Part shown: positions 1 through 17,693 of the stretch, in pieces | Layout: every line of letters begins with the position of its first letter | Position numbering within the stretch: the first letter of the stretch is position 1 | Assembly (NCBI GenBank): GCA_039096225.1 | Contig: JBBPEB010000011.1 | Coordinates: 434,001-498,000 of the forward strand | Direction: 5' to 3' | DNA: 64,000 nucleotides | Origin: Blastocystis sp. Blastoise | Lineage: Eukaryota > Protista > Bigyra: Opalinata | Position numbers and translations under genes: made by a program | Notes under the pieces: generated by a model | What the model saw: only the letters and a program-made list of their open reading frames with translations | The model's database searches: none | Told to the model about the DNA's origin: nothing

Positions 1-160
1 AATAAGCATATACATAATGTTCCTTCTTTATTAAAATGATATTCTATATATGTACTACGATGTTCATTATAGACATTAAAGGAACGTATATAATTATTGG
101 ATCGTTTATATTGAAGTAAAGAAGAAGAAGATCCCTTTGCAGATGGGGTATATACTAAGA

Positions 161-207
<47 letters not shown>

Positions 208-1157
208 CAAAACATTGCTGGAAGAATAATATATATAATTATTATGATAATAATTAATATATATATACACAATTATCTTTAGAAACAGGAGACATTCCTA
301 CAAAAGATCCCGCGGGGATTTTAATAAATGCTGTAGATGGAAGAGTTAAATCGTGACCATTATGAACAATACACTATATATATAAAATAATAATAATAAT
401 AATAAATATATAATATTAATAATAATAAATAATATATATATAATAATACTCTTTCTGTAGTTTGTCTTGCAGCTAATTCTTCATCATCAGTCCATTGAAT
501 ACAGGGCCATTTCTATATATATATATATATAATATGTAATAAACAAATAAATAAATATATAAATAAATATAATAATATACTTGTTTCGTCATAGTCTTTT
601 GAATATAAGAAGTATGTAATTCTCCAGTAGCTAATGTATATACAAATAAATTATTATCTTTTCCATTAAATTTACTCCATAATAACAAGAATGTACTAAG
701 TGGAGAAATATGAGTAAGATAGACACGTTCAATATTTAATGTATATTGAAGCTTATTTTCTTCAACATTAACAATATCAACTTTGGTAGGTGTTGTTAAA
801 ATACAATATTGACCATTAGGACTCCAAGACACATCTTGCTATAAAAATATATTAAAATAACACATATTTTATATATGCATTTTATACCAAAATGAAAGCA
901 ACAGAAAAAATATATAGAAAAGAAGACTAAAATGATATATAAATATATATATACATATTCACCATTTACAGGAAAAGATTCTTTCGTAATCTTATAGTCT
1001 TTATCACAAAAACTATTCAATTCAAGTTCATTCTTTCTTTGAACAAGAAATTGAATATCTGGTAAAGGAATAACCACTTTAGGAATAGTAACTAAACTCA
1101 TTTAAATGTATTATATTAATAATAATTACTTTTTGGTTCAGAGGTTGTTTCAGCCAT
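1..1157 (-). CDS. eIF2A: Eukaryotic translation initiation factor 2A (5' part, runs off the window start; 5 introns seen)
   Basis: Spliced via GT-AG introns: MAETTSEPK-ITIPKVV...VSWSPNGQY...HISPLSTFLLLWSKF...KWPCIQWTDDEELAARQ. The WSPxG, SPxxxxL and WPxxQWxxDE motifs are typical of the eIF2A beta-propeller. Confidence 0.85.
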
Positions 1158-1701
1158 TATTCTTCTTTACTTCTAAATAGAAATAGCTTACTTGTTGACA
1201 CAAAATTCAATAGAGAATTTCTTTTTTCTAAAAACCATGACTTTTTTTGAATCCAGATTATTTTATTTTATATAGTTTATAATTGACAATTTTCATGAAA
1301 ATAAAAAAGAATCGAAATCGTTTTTAATTTTTAGATTATACAATAATTCAGCATGAATTGATAATAGAGTCTATCAATAAAGCATGATCATCAATATTTT
1401 ATCAATTTCTTTCTTTCTTAGATGGCATTAATTGTCTAATCTGTCTTTAATGATCATAGAAATTGGTTTATTTTAGTTGCTGTATAATATATTCAAACAA
1501 AAAACTAGTTATACAACCCTTATATTATAAAATATGTGACAATTAGGAAATAAAATAGTAGCAGATGGCAGTAATAAAGAAAATAGAAGACTTTATGTAT
1601 ATAATTCATCACTAGATATGATCGTATATAATAAATAATACATAAAAAAAGTAATTAATTTTTGTTTCTAGAATTCATATTTATTACTTTTAAGATACAA
1701 T

Positions 1702-4192
1702 TTAATTCCAAGATTCAAGATCATCAGCCTTACAGAAAGGAGACTTCTTAGGGAACTTAGGTAATTTCTTACAGAATTTAGGAATAGGTTTTAATTCAGC
1801 ACATAATTTTTCAATACCTTTATTATATTCATAGACAGTTTCATTCTTAAGTTTTAATGAAGGAAGAGAAATAGGATCAAATATACGACGTGTACGACGG
1901 AAATAACGATTAAAAGCTTAGGGGATATATATTATGTAATAAATATATAAATATAATAAATAAATAATAATAATAATAATAATATATATATATATGCTTC
2001 CACACCTCTACCTTCATTAACACAATTAACAAGTTCTTGAGGATCAGTATTTGTTAAATCAGAACATTCATCAATATGCTTCTCATATTCATCATTATAT
2101 TTAGCAAAACAGAATTGTAAAGGTAAATGAACCTTCCAATCAGGGTATAAATCACGTGCACACATAAGAATAATATTTTGAGTAGTTTGATGAGCACCTT
2201 TAGGACAAATAGGAAGACCACGTTTATTTATATAACATCCCATACCAGCATGTATATGTAAATCAACACTATTGTAAAATCTATATATATATAATAAAAT
2301 AAAATAAAAAAATAAAAAAATAAAATAAATAAATAAATAATAAAATAAATAAATAAATAAATAAAATAAATAAATAAATAAATAATAAAATAAATAAAAA
2401 AATAAATAAAATAAATAAATAAATAAATAAATAAAAAAATAAATAATAAAATAATAATAATAACTTACCTTTTATGATTAAATAACCAAGTCATAGGACC
2501 TGATAAATATTTATTACACCATTTACAGCCAGCATCCATATATAATTCAATAGTTTCAGCTTCATATTCACCCGGAGGTCTTAATTCTTCATTTCTATGA
2601 CAAGCTTTACAAGGAGCAAGAGCAGGTTTAACACGTTGTTCACCACCACAATATACAGGTGTCTTACCTCCTATTTTACTACATATACGTGGATACATAT
2701 CTCCACAATTATTAATACATTTATCATTATTAATCATTACAGCAGGTATTTCTTCATTTTTAATATCTTTAAATTCAGTATTACGAAGTGTAATTAATTC
2801 ATTAACTAATTCATTACCTTGTTCACCTTCAATACATTCATGAATATAAGGAGCATGTAAATGAGAAGAAGAAGCACAATAATCAACATTACGTAACATA
2901 TATTCACCATGACGTGTCATACACATTAAATAACCCCAATAACTAATAGAATCAGTATTAGCTTGTTTACCACATAACATATGTTTAGTATATTGACAAT
3001 CTTTATCATTACCACATCGATCTATAGGTTCTTCTTCACCTTCAGCAGTATAAGGAATAGAACCAAGAGGATAAAAAGAGACATCTACCATATTTCTATA
3101 ATCTTTATATAATACATCTTCTAAGATTCCTAAGAATTCTTTTTGAGTATCTATAGTTGGATTCCACATCACTTTAACATTAATACGATCTACATTACGA
3201 GAAACTTTCTCAAGATATTTATAATTAGGATCTTCTTCAGGATTTTCATAATGAGCTGTTATCTCTCCACTATTATCAAATACATCGATAGGTTGACTAA
3301 CAGGTATTCTACATACCTATAATATATAATAATATATAATATTATATAATAATTTATAATAATATATAATATTATATAATAATATATAATAATATTTAAT
3401 ATTATTATAAATATAAATATAAATATAAATATAATATAATAAATATAATGGCAATAAATATAAATATAATAAATATAATAATAATAAATATAAATATACA
3501 TAAGGTTTAATATCAGTAGGATAATAATCACAGATTTGTTTATAAAGATCAGTACAATATCCTTCACAAGGATGACCTTCAATGAGAACATAAGGGAAAT
3601 AAGGAATAGTTTCTTCATATACACTCTTCTTTCTCATGGAATATAAACCTTTATGAGCCTAAAATAATAATTATATAGAATAAATAAAAATAATAATTAT
3701 AATAAAAATAATTATAATTAAAAAAAAAAATAATTATAATTAAAAAAAAAATAATATAAATACTTCAGGAATATTAGCAAAACAATCACTCATCTTATCT
3801 TCAGGAATCTTAGCAGCTTCTATACATTTCTTATCTAAATCTTCAAAATCATTAGCAGAAGTATGTTCATCAATGCAATTAAAGAATATAACAGCTTGAG
3901 GAAGATTAGCATTTTCAGAAACACAAGTTTCCCAAGCCATAATCTTTTCTTCAGGTTCACCACCAGGAGCAATAAGTTTTTCAGTATCTAAATCAAAAGT
4001 AGCTTGACCATAAGGTATCAAAAATAAATTAACATATTGAGATAAATCATCATTAGCTACTTTAGAAACTTCATTACGTACATAAGCAGCAGATCTAGAA
4101 TCAAGAGGATCTAAAAGTACATGAACAGCGATTTGTGAACAAAAGGCTGTGCAGAAAAATAAGCAAATTAAAATGAAAACACTAGAATTCAT
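1702..4192 (-). CDS. Secreted/lysosomal GILT (IFI30)-family thiol reductase with three tandem GILT domains
   Basis: Signal peptide MNSSVFILICLFFCTAFCS. Three repeats carry GILT hallmarks (LFLIPYGQA / VSFYPLG, PYFPYVLIEG, QIC). CKWC occurs only in the third repeat. 4 introns; ends KADDLESWN-TAA at 1702. Confidence 0.8.
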
Positions 4193-5732
4193 TTCTCACC
4201 TATTAATAGAAAACTAATTTAGAAAATAATTTTTTTTCTTTTTTAAAAAGCCTCATATATCGAATAATCATGGAAATCCTATACTATCATACAATATTTA
4301 TTGTTTTTTTCATGATACAAGAATGGATTATTCTGCAGTACAGTTATTTTAATGGTGTTGATTATCATGAAAAAGTTATTTATATCCTTGATTACTGGTC
4401 GGAATCAGATCCATTTCATTTCTCATTTCTTAGAAAAGAAAACAGAAGTTTATTCTTATGTAGTGTTTTTATTCATTTTAAACAATTATTATCTATTTAT
4501 TCTTTTTATAACAGCTATGTCGTGAATAAAGACATTTAGATAAGCAATAATTTTTAATTTTTTTAATGAAGAAAAAATGAAATTATCTTCTTATTACTTT
4601 ATAAAGAGAAATATGATTTTATTTGATATTCTATGTTTTGAGTATTGACTAGGTAACGAGATATTGGGTCATTTATTATATATTTACAAGTTCGTTTAAT
4701 TGAAAACATAATATGTATATCAATTTCACATCATACTGACTGTTTATTAATAAGAGAATATCTTGTTGATAATAATAGCAATAAATATCTTCGATAAAAA
4801 GGAAAAAGTTATGAACAAAACAAATAGAAATGAATAAAAGTACACAAAGTGTATGCCAAAGTAGAAGTAATAATAGTAATTAGAAAAGGCAAAAATAAAA
4901 GTAATACAATATCATAAAATTATATATTTAAAAGTAGTAAATGTACAAAAGAGACTCTTTAAAGAAATAAATTTTATTACTATAAAATAATAGCTTTTTC
5001 TTTTAATTTAAAGAAATAAAAAAAAAAAATTAATTAATATAATAAAAAATTTATTTTAAAGAAATAAAGGTATATAAAATATCTAGGTGTAACAAATATA
5101 AAATAAACAATAATGTTTATTAATTTGTTAGTTAAAAGATAAATAATATATATATATATATAGAGTAAATGGAAAAGAAATGGTAATATAAAAATAAATA
5201 AAAAGACATATATCTATGTGAATATATATATTATTATGATTAAAAACATGAATTTGAAGTATAAAAAAAAATTAAATATATATATTGAAAAGCATAGTTT
5301 TATAGAAAAATAAGCAAATAGAGAATAGAAACTATGAAAACAATAAATATATGTATATAATATAATACTAGAATTATACAATATAATGAAGAATAATAGA
5401 ATAAATGAAATTAAATATATATATATATATATAATAAAAATTTACAGAGAGAATAATTATATAAAAAACGAAAGAGAAATCTGAAATATAAAAATAGAAT
5501 GAATATATAATAATAAAAAAAAAATTCTGTATTATAATGAAGAAAAAACAAGATAAAGATTGTTTTAGATAAAAACTAATAAACATAAAAATAGAACACT
5601 TATAAAAATATAAGAATATTGAATAAGATTAGAATCTATTATATATATTTATTAGCAGATTTAAAAAAAAAATTGTAGTATAAAATAAAAAGTATAATAA
5701 ATATATATTTATTTATAGAAGAATCAATTATT

Positions 5733-7012
5733 TTATTGTCTTGTATATACTTCATATTCAATCACTTTAAATGTATGTTTCATTTCTTTAGATTGAGACA
5801 TCATAAGATCATATAAATTATATATAGATTTATTATTATTCTTATTATTCTCTAAAGAATCTTTAGAAAGCGCATAATCATTATTAAAACGATTTGAAAT
5901 ATAACTATTAGACTGTATATTACAAGCATCTGATATATAAAATGCATTAGCAAATGAAGGACCATAAGAAGAATTATAATAAATAGAATTAGAATGATGT
6001 ATATAGGTATATAAACACGGTTTATTTATAGAACTATTTTGAAGTATAAAAATAGATGCATTTGGATCTTCATAATCATTCTTTTCTATATATGTATATA
6101 GTATAGTTAAATGAATATACATATTCATGGGATATAAAAAAATATATATAAATAGTAGTAGAATTTATAAAAGAAAAGAATAAAATTATAATAATAATAT
6201 ACTATCACTTTTATATCGCCTATCCCATCCAATTTGAGAATATCCACCAAAAATACACAGATCCCCATGATTATTTTCAGCTTTCACAAGGATTATACAT
6301 TCTCCTGTTTCATCACAAAAAGCATGAAAAGAATCAGCTGAAAAGTAATTCTCTGAAGCTCTAGAATAATATAACATATATATTTTTTATTATAAAATAT
6401 ATAAAGAATAAATATATATATATAATAAAGAATAAAAAATTTTATAAAAAAAATAAAAAAAATAAAAATAATAAAAATAATAAAAATAATAAAAATAATA
6501 AAAATAAAAAAAAATAGAAAAATTATAAAAATAAATATAACAATAAATACCTAAATGAGCAGAACCATTGAGGTTTAATTCCAAACCATTCTCCAAGAAT
6601 ATTCATATATTCAGAATTATTTTTTAGAATAAGACTATCTTGACATATATATTTAGAAGCAGAAGGTGCAATAGATATAGGTATTGGTTGCTTAGAAACT
6701 GTAGATATATTATTAGTATTTATATTATTATTATTATTATTATTATTATTAGTTGAGACAGAATATCCATTTTTATCATTTCGAGTAAATATATATTTAT
6801 GTATATTTTTAGGTGAAAATAATGTAAAGTTTTTATTTGTTTCATTTTGTTTTTCATTAATAATAGATATATCTGATTCATATGTATTCACTCTTTTATG
6901 ATTATTATTTGGTGTAGAAATATAATTACTTAAAGGTTGAGGAGAAGGAATTGGTATAATTATATCTGTAGAATTATTTGTTGAAGATATATTTGTAGGT
7001 AAAGGTAATATG

Positions 7013-7048
<36 letters not shown>

Positions 7049-7050
7049 AA

Positions 7051-7088
<38 letters not shown>

Positions 7089-8226
7089 CAACATTAACAT
7101 TATCAACATTAACATTATGATTTGATATTACTTCACTTGATGTTTTTGATATATAATTAGAATGATAAGAAGAAGGAAGAGGAAGAGAAATAAATGGATT
7201 AGAATTATTAATTACAGGTATAGGTAAAGTATTTATAGAAATAGAAGGAGAAGATATTATAGGTACAGGTAATGGAGTTGAAAGTGATTGTTTAGAATTT
7301 ATATTTGTATTTAAAAATTGTGAAGAATAAGGAGTTACTGTATTATCTATATATTCTATATTCATAGAATTTTGAATTGAAGAAGTATTACTATCCGAAG
7401 AAGAATCTATATCTATTTTACTATTTATTTTATATAAATCATTATTATTAGAATAAGATTTATTCGATAATCGAGTTGATTTATTTTCTGATATAGAATT
7501 TGACATTAAAGAAGAATTCTTAAAAAAAGTATTTGAATTAATTTCATCTTCTATAATAATATTAGGATATTCATTAGGAATAGAATATGAATGAGTTTCA
7601 TTAGTATTATTTTCATTATTATCATGATTATGAATAGAATCAATTCGATTTTCAAGATTCTTTTGCTCATTAGAGAGAATATTCACATTCTTATTAAATG
7701 TATCAATCGTATTTTGAATAGATAAATTAGATTCACTAATGAAATTTAATGTTTCTGAAAGAGACTTGTTTTCATTATGCATAACATTAAGATTCGTTTG
7801 AATTGATACAATATATGACTTTAAAGACTGATTCTGTTCTTTAATCAGTTTCATATTAGCAATAACAGATGAAATTAATGTATATACTCCAGTAATACCA
7901 TTATTCCATTCATATCTTAATGCGTTCTGAAGCTCACTTGGAGTTGATAGTTGATAATGATCAAAATGTTTCTTGATTTCTTCTAAATCTTCACGAGATC
8001 GACCACAGAGATTCAAAGGTTTGCCGTTCAAATAATCTACAACCATAGGTAGATAAAGCTCAGAATAATTCGTAAAAAACATATCATTTTGAGGTGTAGA
8101 ATTCTTCCAAATATAATAAAGAGAACAATCAGTGTACATACTTAATCTTTCAGAAGATATACTACATCTGACTTTTCCCTCCAGTCCAAAAAATGTAATG
8201 GGACAGTTAGAAACTTCTTGCATCAT
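5733..8226 (-). CDS. BTB-like + coiled-coil + low-complexity + TLDc domain protein
   Basis: Two GT-AG introns join WFCSFRASENYFSADSFHAFCD...IFGGYSQIGW...YGPSF...FKVIEYEVY, which matches the TLDc consensus. The N-terminus resembles a KCTD-type BTB domain (LPMVVDYLNG). Confidence 0.85.
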
Positions 8227-9064
8227 AATTCGAGATTCACTTACAGTATATGGAGAATAAAAATCGCTAAAAATTTTCTTTGAAATATTTTATTTATCAA
8301 GTAAATTATAAAGATAATAGGTCCGATAAAAAGAATGAACTTTCTTCGATAGTTATTGTGTATTTACAAAAACAATAAATATTAAACTTATATTTTTTTT
8401 TTGCTGACGTGGAAAAAATGAAAACCTCAAAGCTGTTTCTGTTTCTGTATTTTATGTATTTTATATTGGTGATTTTATGATTTTTAGCCAATTATTTACT
8501 AGTTTAATTATTTCCGTGATTATTTTAAAATTAATTCAAATTGTTCTTAGCAATACAAAAAGCGTTTGTTTTATGTGTTTTATTCAGTATAAATACAAAA
8601 TATAGTGATATTATTTATATATGAGAAAGCTCTGAGATAATGATGAAAGTGATTTTTGGAACATAAAACCAAAATTTATTGAATTTCATTTGTTGATTCA
8701 CTTTTTATTGACTTATTTTATACATATTCATGTGTAGTTATATCTCTGGGATATAGAGACAGTAGTTTTATTATGGAAAGTGAATTATTCTGGATTTGAA
8801 ACAATAAAAAAACTTTGTTTCTCATTGAAAATAGATTCTAGAGTTGTAGAAAAATGATGAGTACTTTATAATAATGCGGATAGAAGATATGAGTCATAGT
8901 TGATAAAACAAAACCAAAACTGTTTGATAAAATCAATTATAAATTTTTAAAAACATCCGAAAAATAAAAATATCGAAAGAAAATATTGAAATGAAAAAGA
9001 AGTATAGAAAAATAAGGTTGAAAAAAAAATAGATTAATAAATAATTATGTGAATATTATAAAAT

Positions 9065-11894
<2,830 letters not shown>

Positions 11895-12229
11895 CTCTTC
11901 TTATTTATAAAGTAAAATATAGAAATATATCAATAAGACTAGGTTTTCTTATATTTTTAGAATTTCATGAATATTTATCATATTATAATATGTTCTTCTA
12001 AAATAATCGTGGTTATATTTATTACAAATACGAAATGTCATTAACTGAGGCGAAACCCTATAATTCTGATTCTTTTGTATTATCTTGCCACTTTTTATAT
12101 TTTAATTAAGATTTTTATTTCTTTTAAATTTTGAAAAAAAAAAATATTTTTTATATAAAAATATTTCCTTATTTATTTGAGACTATTTTTTATTGTACTA
12201 TTTTTTTCATTTGATTATCAACATGTGCA

Positions 12230-13074
12230 ATGGAAGAAAGCACTAATCAAAATATAGATTTAAAAAAATTTGGGATGACTCTCAATCCCAATATTTGTCC
12301 AGAATGTGGCATTGCTTGGAATGACAATGGACGACCCATGGTTGGTTGCGAATTATGTGGAAGATGGTTTCATTATACTTGCGTTGGTATCAAAGATGAC
12401 ACTGATATCAGTGGTGATTTCTTCTGTGAAACTTGTCGGTTTATTAATTCAAGAAGTATTTTTTATATAGAATGATATCTATATTATTTTATATAGTATT
12501 AGAGACTAGTTCTGTTCTTAAAATTGTATATATATATGTTTTGACTTTCATTTTGTTTATTACAATATTCTAATGATTTTATTAACTTATAGAAAAAGAT
12601 TTCAAAGTCATCTATAGATAAAATAGATACAACTGAAAATCAAAACTCGTCAAAAAGGTATTTTTTTTTAAATATTAATTAATGTAAAAAATAATTATAT
12701 TTATTATCTCTTTATAAATATAATCATATACTATTATATATATATTTTTATTCATTTATTCTATAGTAAACATGGGTCAATGGATAGTGTATCTGGAAAA
12801 ATTGTTGATAATAATTCTATTTCTTCGAAACCTAAAATACAAGATTCTGAAAGTGTATATTCTATAAAAGCAGACACATTAAGCCAAAATCAGCCAACTA
12901 AAGATGTGAATTTAGATATTTTAAAACATTTTAAAGTAGATGAAGAAAATGAAGACATTGATTTATATGATTATTCTAAAGATATTGATAAACCATTCAG
13001 AAATAATCTCTATTATTATTCTGTATCTTTTATATTATTATTATTATTATATTATTATATTATTATTATAATAA

Positions 13075-13108
<34 letters not shown>

Positions 13109-15173
13109 ATTATATTACTCTATATAGGAATATAAAGACATGCATAATATAAATAATAGTTATTTACCTTATTCTTATATGACTAAACAACAAAAACTTA
13201 TATATAAACAAAATACTACGTCTTGTTATTCAATAGAACCAGTTGTATATTTTTTATTCTTATTTTTATTATATATATTTAATTTATTATATATTTATTA
13301 TTCTATATATTTATTATATATAAATAGTCTTTATCAAAAGATATTTTAGATTTTCTACAATTAGCAAATGATATCTTATCTAATAAAGTTATTCTTGACA
13401 CAAGTGGTATATATATATTTATATATTTATATATTTATTTATTTATGTATAATAAAAAATAGTCCTTATTATTATTATTTATATAGATTCTTTGAAAATG
13501 AAAAAAAGTCGTTCAGTTCGAATGACTTCCCCACGGTTATCTGTGAATTCTTCAACAAGTAATACAAATACTCCAAATATAAATACAGTTTCTTCAAATA
13601 ATAATAGTATATCTAAAACGAATAGTAATACTATACTAAATGCTTCACCTAAAATGAATAATAATATTTCTATAGCATCACCTTCTATATCGATTAATAA
13701 TAATTCTAAAGAAAATAATACTATTAATAATAATAGTATTAATAATAATAATAATAATCAAGAAGGTATGTATCCTAAAAAACATTTAGTTTTATCTTCT
13801 TCTTCATCTCCTTCTATTCCTACCATCCCTTCTATTCCTGCTATTCCTTCTATTCCTACTATCCCTACTATTCCTACTACTACACTCTCTAATCCTTATA
13901 ATACGTCTTCATATATACATTCAATACCATTTATTCCTTCGACTAAAACGAAATTCAAAGATAATAAAGAATTTATCAATGAAAAAAGTATATAATTATT
14001 CTTATTTAATTGGCTTTTTATAGTTTATTTTGTTATATATATTCTATATATTATTATAAATTATTTATTATTATTGTATATATTATATATTATTATAGTA
14101 CCTCTTCCTCCTTCTATATCTTTAAAATCTTCATCATCTATTCCTACTATTCCTTCTATCCCTACTATTCCTTCAATAAACTCAAAAAATATAATTACAC
14201 CTTCTCTATCTTCGGTACAATCACATCCTTTCTCTTCTTCTTCATCCTATCTAGTATATTATTATTATTTTTATATTATTCATTAATAAATAATTTATTT
14301 GTTTTTTGTATATATATTTATTATTATGTCATTATTATTCTATTTATTCTATTTATACTTATAACTTATCTTTCTTTAGATTCCTTCAAATAATATAACT
14401 TCATTACCTCCTCCTTCTTCTGTTTCTTCTTCTTCTGTTACTCTTCCTTCTATTCCAGCTACAACGAGTTCTGTTACTATTCCAATTCCTTCTATTCCTT
14501 CTACTAATACTCCTTCTATTCCTTCTATTTCTTCTACTACTACTACTAATAATAATAATAATTTGAATACTACAAATACTCTATCTAAAGCCTCTTCTTC
14601 TCTTCCTTATTCTTCTTCAATTCCTTCTACTTTACCAATAAATACTTCTATTCAATCAAATTCAATGAATAATTATAATACTAATCAATTTCCATCTTTT
14701 CCAAATGTATATAATCAATATTTACCTTATAATACAAATAATAATTATATAAATAAATCAAATGTTAATATACCTTATCAACAAAATATGATCAATAATA
14801 ACTATAATTATAATCAAAAATATATTAGTTATAATCAAACTCAATATAATTCTTTATATTCTTCAAATTCTACAATTATAAATTCAAAAACAGGAAACAT
14901 ATCTAATACGTCTTCTCTTAATAATGATAATAATAATAATAATGATAATAATAATACATTAGTTGCTACTCCAAATTCTAATATATCTGTGAATATTCAA
15001 CCTTATAATTCCACTAATTCTCTTTATAAATCAAATTCTATAAAGAATAATAATAATAATAATAATGAGAATAAAAATGGAACTGTATCTTCTCTTCCTG
15101 TAATTAAGAAAATTCATGATATTAAACCACTTAACATAAAAGCAGAAAATAATTTAACTGTAGGTATCAAGTC

Positions 15174-15223
<50 letters not shown>

Positions 15224-15330
15224 GTATATCTCCTAAAGAGACTTTTGTATCTGTCAATTCAGTTAATAATAATATAATATCAGAGTCAATCAATTCAAAT
15301 ATAACTACTACTGTTGCTACTGTTGATGAA

Positions 15331-15397
<67 letters not shown>

Positions 15398-15666
15398 GTG
15401 TTATTATTAATCATTCTACATCTATGAATTCATTATCTTCTCTATCTACAAAAGAGTCCATGATTCCCGCGGAAATAGACATAGAACAAGGAAAAAAGGA
15501 AGAGTATACATATAAAGACGACAAGAATAATATTATTAGTATTAACGACTATCAATATAATCCTAAAGATAGAGACTATGTATATATATATTATTATTGT
15601 TATTATTATTATTATATATATAGATATCTGTATCCTCAACTCATTCATATTCTCCAAGTATATATA

Positions 15667-15703
<37 letters not shown>

Positions 15704-15950
15704 TTTATTACATATTTACTTATCACTATATATAGGATCAATTAATTCATCACCTTTTCCTTCTTCTTATAGTAAAAATAATGTATTTCTTTATTTCTTT
15801 ATTATTATTAATGTATATTATAGATCAATAATTATTCTATAACAAAGAATAATCGAGAATCTATTAAGTATATATATATATTTATATATATATAATTATT
15901 ATTATTATTATATATAGTTCAATCAAATCATCCTGTCGTCCTTCACGTTT

Positions 15951-16018
<68 letters not shown>

Positions 16019-16832
16019 TATATATTATTATTATTATATTATATATATATATAGATGGATATTATATGTGAATCTGATGATCCTGAATCTGAAGGAGAAA
16101 ATCAATTATTTAGTTATAAACCAAAATCAACTAATACTATAAGTACATATATATATATTATATTATATATATTATATATTATATTTATATATATAGATGA
16201 AGAAGATCATATAGATGTACATAAACGTATATATGCTGAAGAGTATTCCTATATACCTTCTGGTTATTATCATAATAGTGAAGATGAATATAGTTATAAA
16301 CCTTATACTTCTTCATATAGAAGTAGAAGTAGAAATAGTTATAAAGAGAATGATAGAGAAAAAGAAGGAGATATATATAGTTATAAGAATAGTTATAGAG
16401 ATCGAGATATAGATACTTATAGTTATAAAGATAGAGATAAAAGTAAGAATCGAGATCGAAATATAAATAATAATTATAGTTATAGAGAAAGAGAAAGAGA
16501 TCGAAGTTATAATTATGATAGAGATTATTATAGACAAGAAGATAATCGATATAAACGATATAAATATGGGTATTTATGAATATTTATTATGTTTTATTTA
16601 TTAATATTTATTATATTATATTTATTATTATATTATATTTATTTATTTTTATTATTATATTTATTATTATATATATTATTATATTTATTATTATAATAAT
16701 ATATGTAGTGCATCTCCATCTGGTTCTGATTATTCACATTCCCATGGGAATAGTGATGACGATACTATTTCTGATGGTTACTATTATAATCTAGAGGGAA
16801 AAATGAGAAAATCACGATTTGATGAAGTGTAA
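12230..16832 (+). CDS. PHD-finger protein with long Ser/Pro/Asn-rich region and Arg/Asp/Tyr-rich C-terminus
   Basis: PHD C4HC3 motif CPEC...MVGCELCGRWFHYTCVG...FFCETC. 15 phase-consistent GT-AG introns lead to RKSRFDEV-TAA. Confidence 0.8.
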
Positions 16833-17611
16833 TTATTTGGTGTCTATAAAATTAAAGTGAATATATATATATATATATATATTAGTAAACTATGCATGTA
16901 TGTTTCTTTTATTAATATATTTGTTTATCTTTTATGAACAATTTGTCTTTTTCATAGTATATCTTTTTATTCTTTTTTCTTGTTTAATAATATACATACA
17001 TATATATTTATATTTTATATTCTATTTCTTGTCTATTATTTCTTTTCAATTCTTCTTTTTCTGTTAATATTATACTCGTTATTATTTAACTATCTTCTTT
17101 TTAAGTTACATTATATGTGTGTTTATATATTGTATTCTTTCTTATTTGCATTATGTTCAATTAAACTATATAGTTCTTTTATTTGTATAGTTTTATTTTT
17201 TTAAATTTTTCTTTCTTTTTCAATTTTTGTTTATTTATGATCCATGAATCATGTGTATTTCGTTTTGTTAACTATCCATTTAACTAGCAGAACAACTATT
17301 ACTCTTCATTATAGAATATATGGTCTTTCATGCTAATTTTATAATATAGTATTGTTTCAAATAACATATATAATACAAACCAAAAAAAGATTTTCATTGA
17401 AAACGAGAAAAATATAATATTTAATGATATAAAAACTAAGGAAATAAGATATAAAAAAGAATTTAAAACAAATATATATATATTTACTAAATAAAATTAA
17501 TTTTATAATACTCAATATAAACATATATTTAATAAAAAGATATATTTAATAAAAACCATAAGAAATGATATAAATATATAATATTATAGGAACCCTATCT
17601 GAATACATTTT

Positions 17612-17649
<38 letters not shown>

Positions 17650-17693
17650 TATTAATTGGTTTTAATAGTGTTTATAGATATTAATAATTTTTT

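Noticed and set aside
4270-4539. 89-aa ORF on the + strand (similarly 8306-8491 and 45732-45983)
   Set aside because: They lie in promoter or intergenic sequence, have no motif and no splice partners, and are expected by chance.
13023-13127. GTATCTTT donor resembling a U12 GT-AG intron (also GTATCTAT near 27796)
   Set aside because: No CCTTAAY branch lies near the acceptor, so they are treated as U2 introns.
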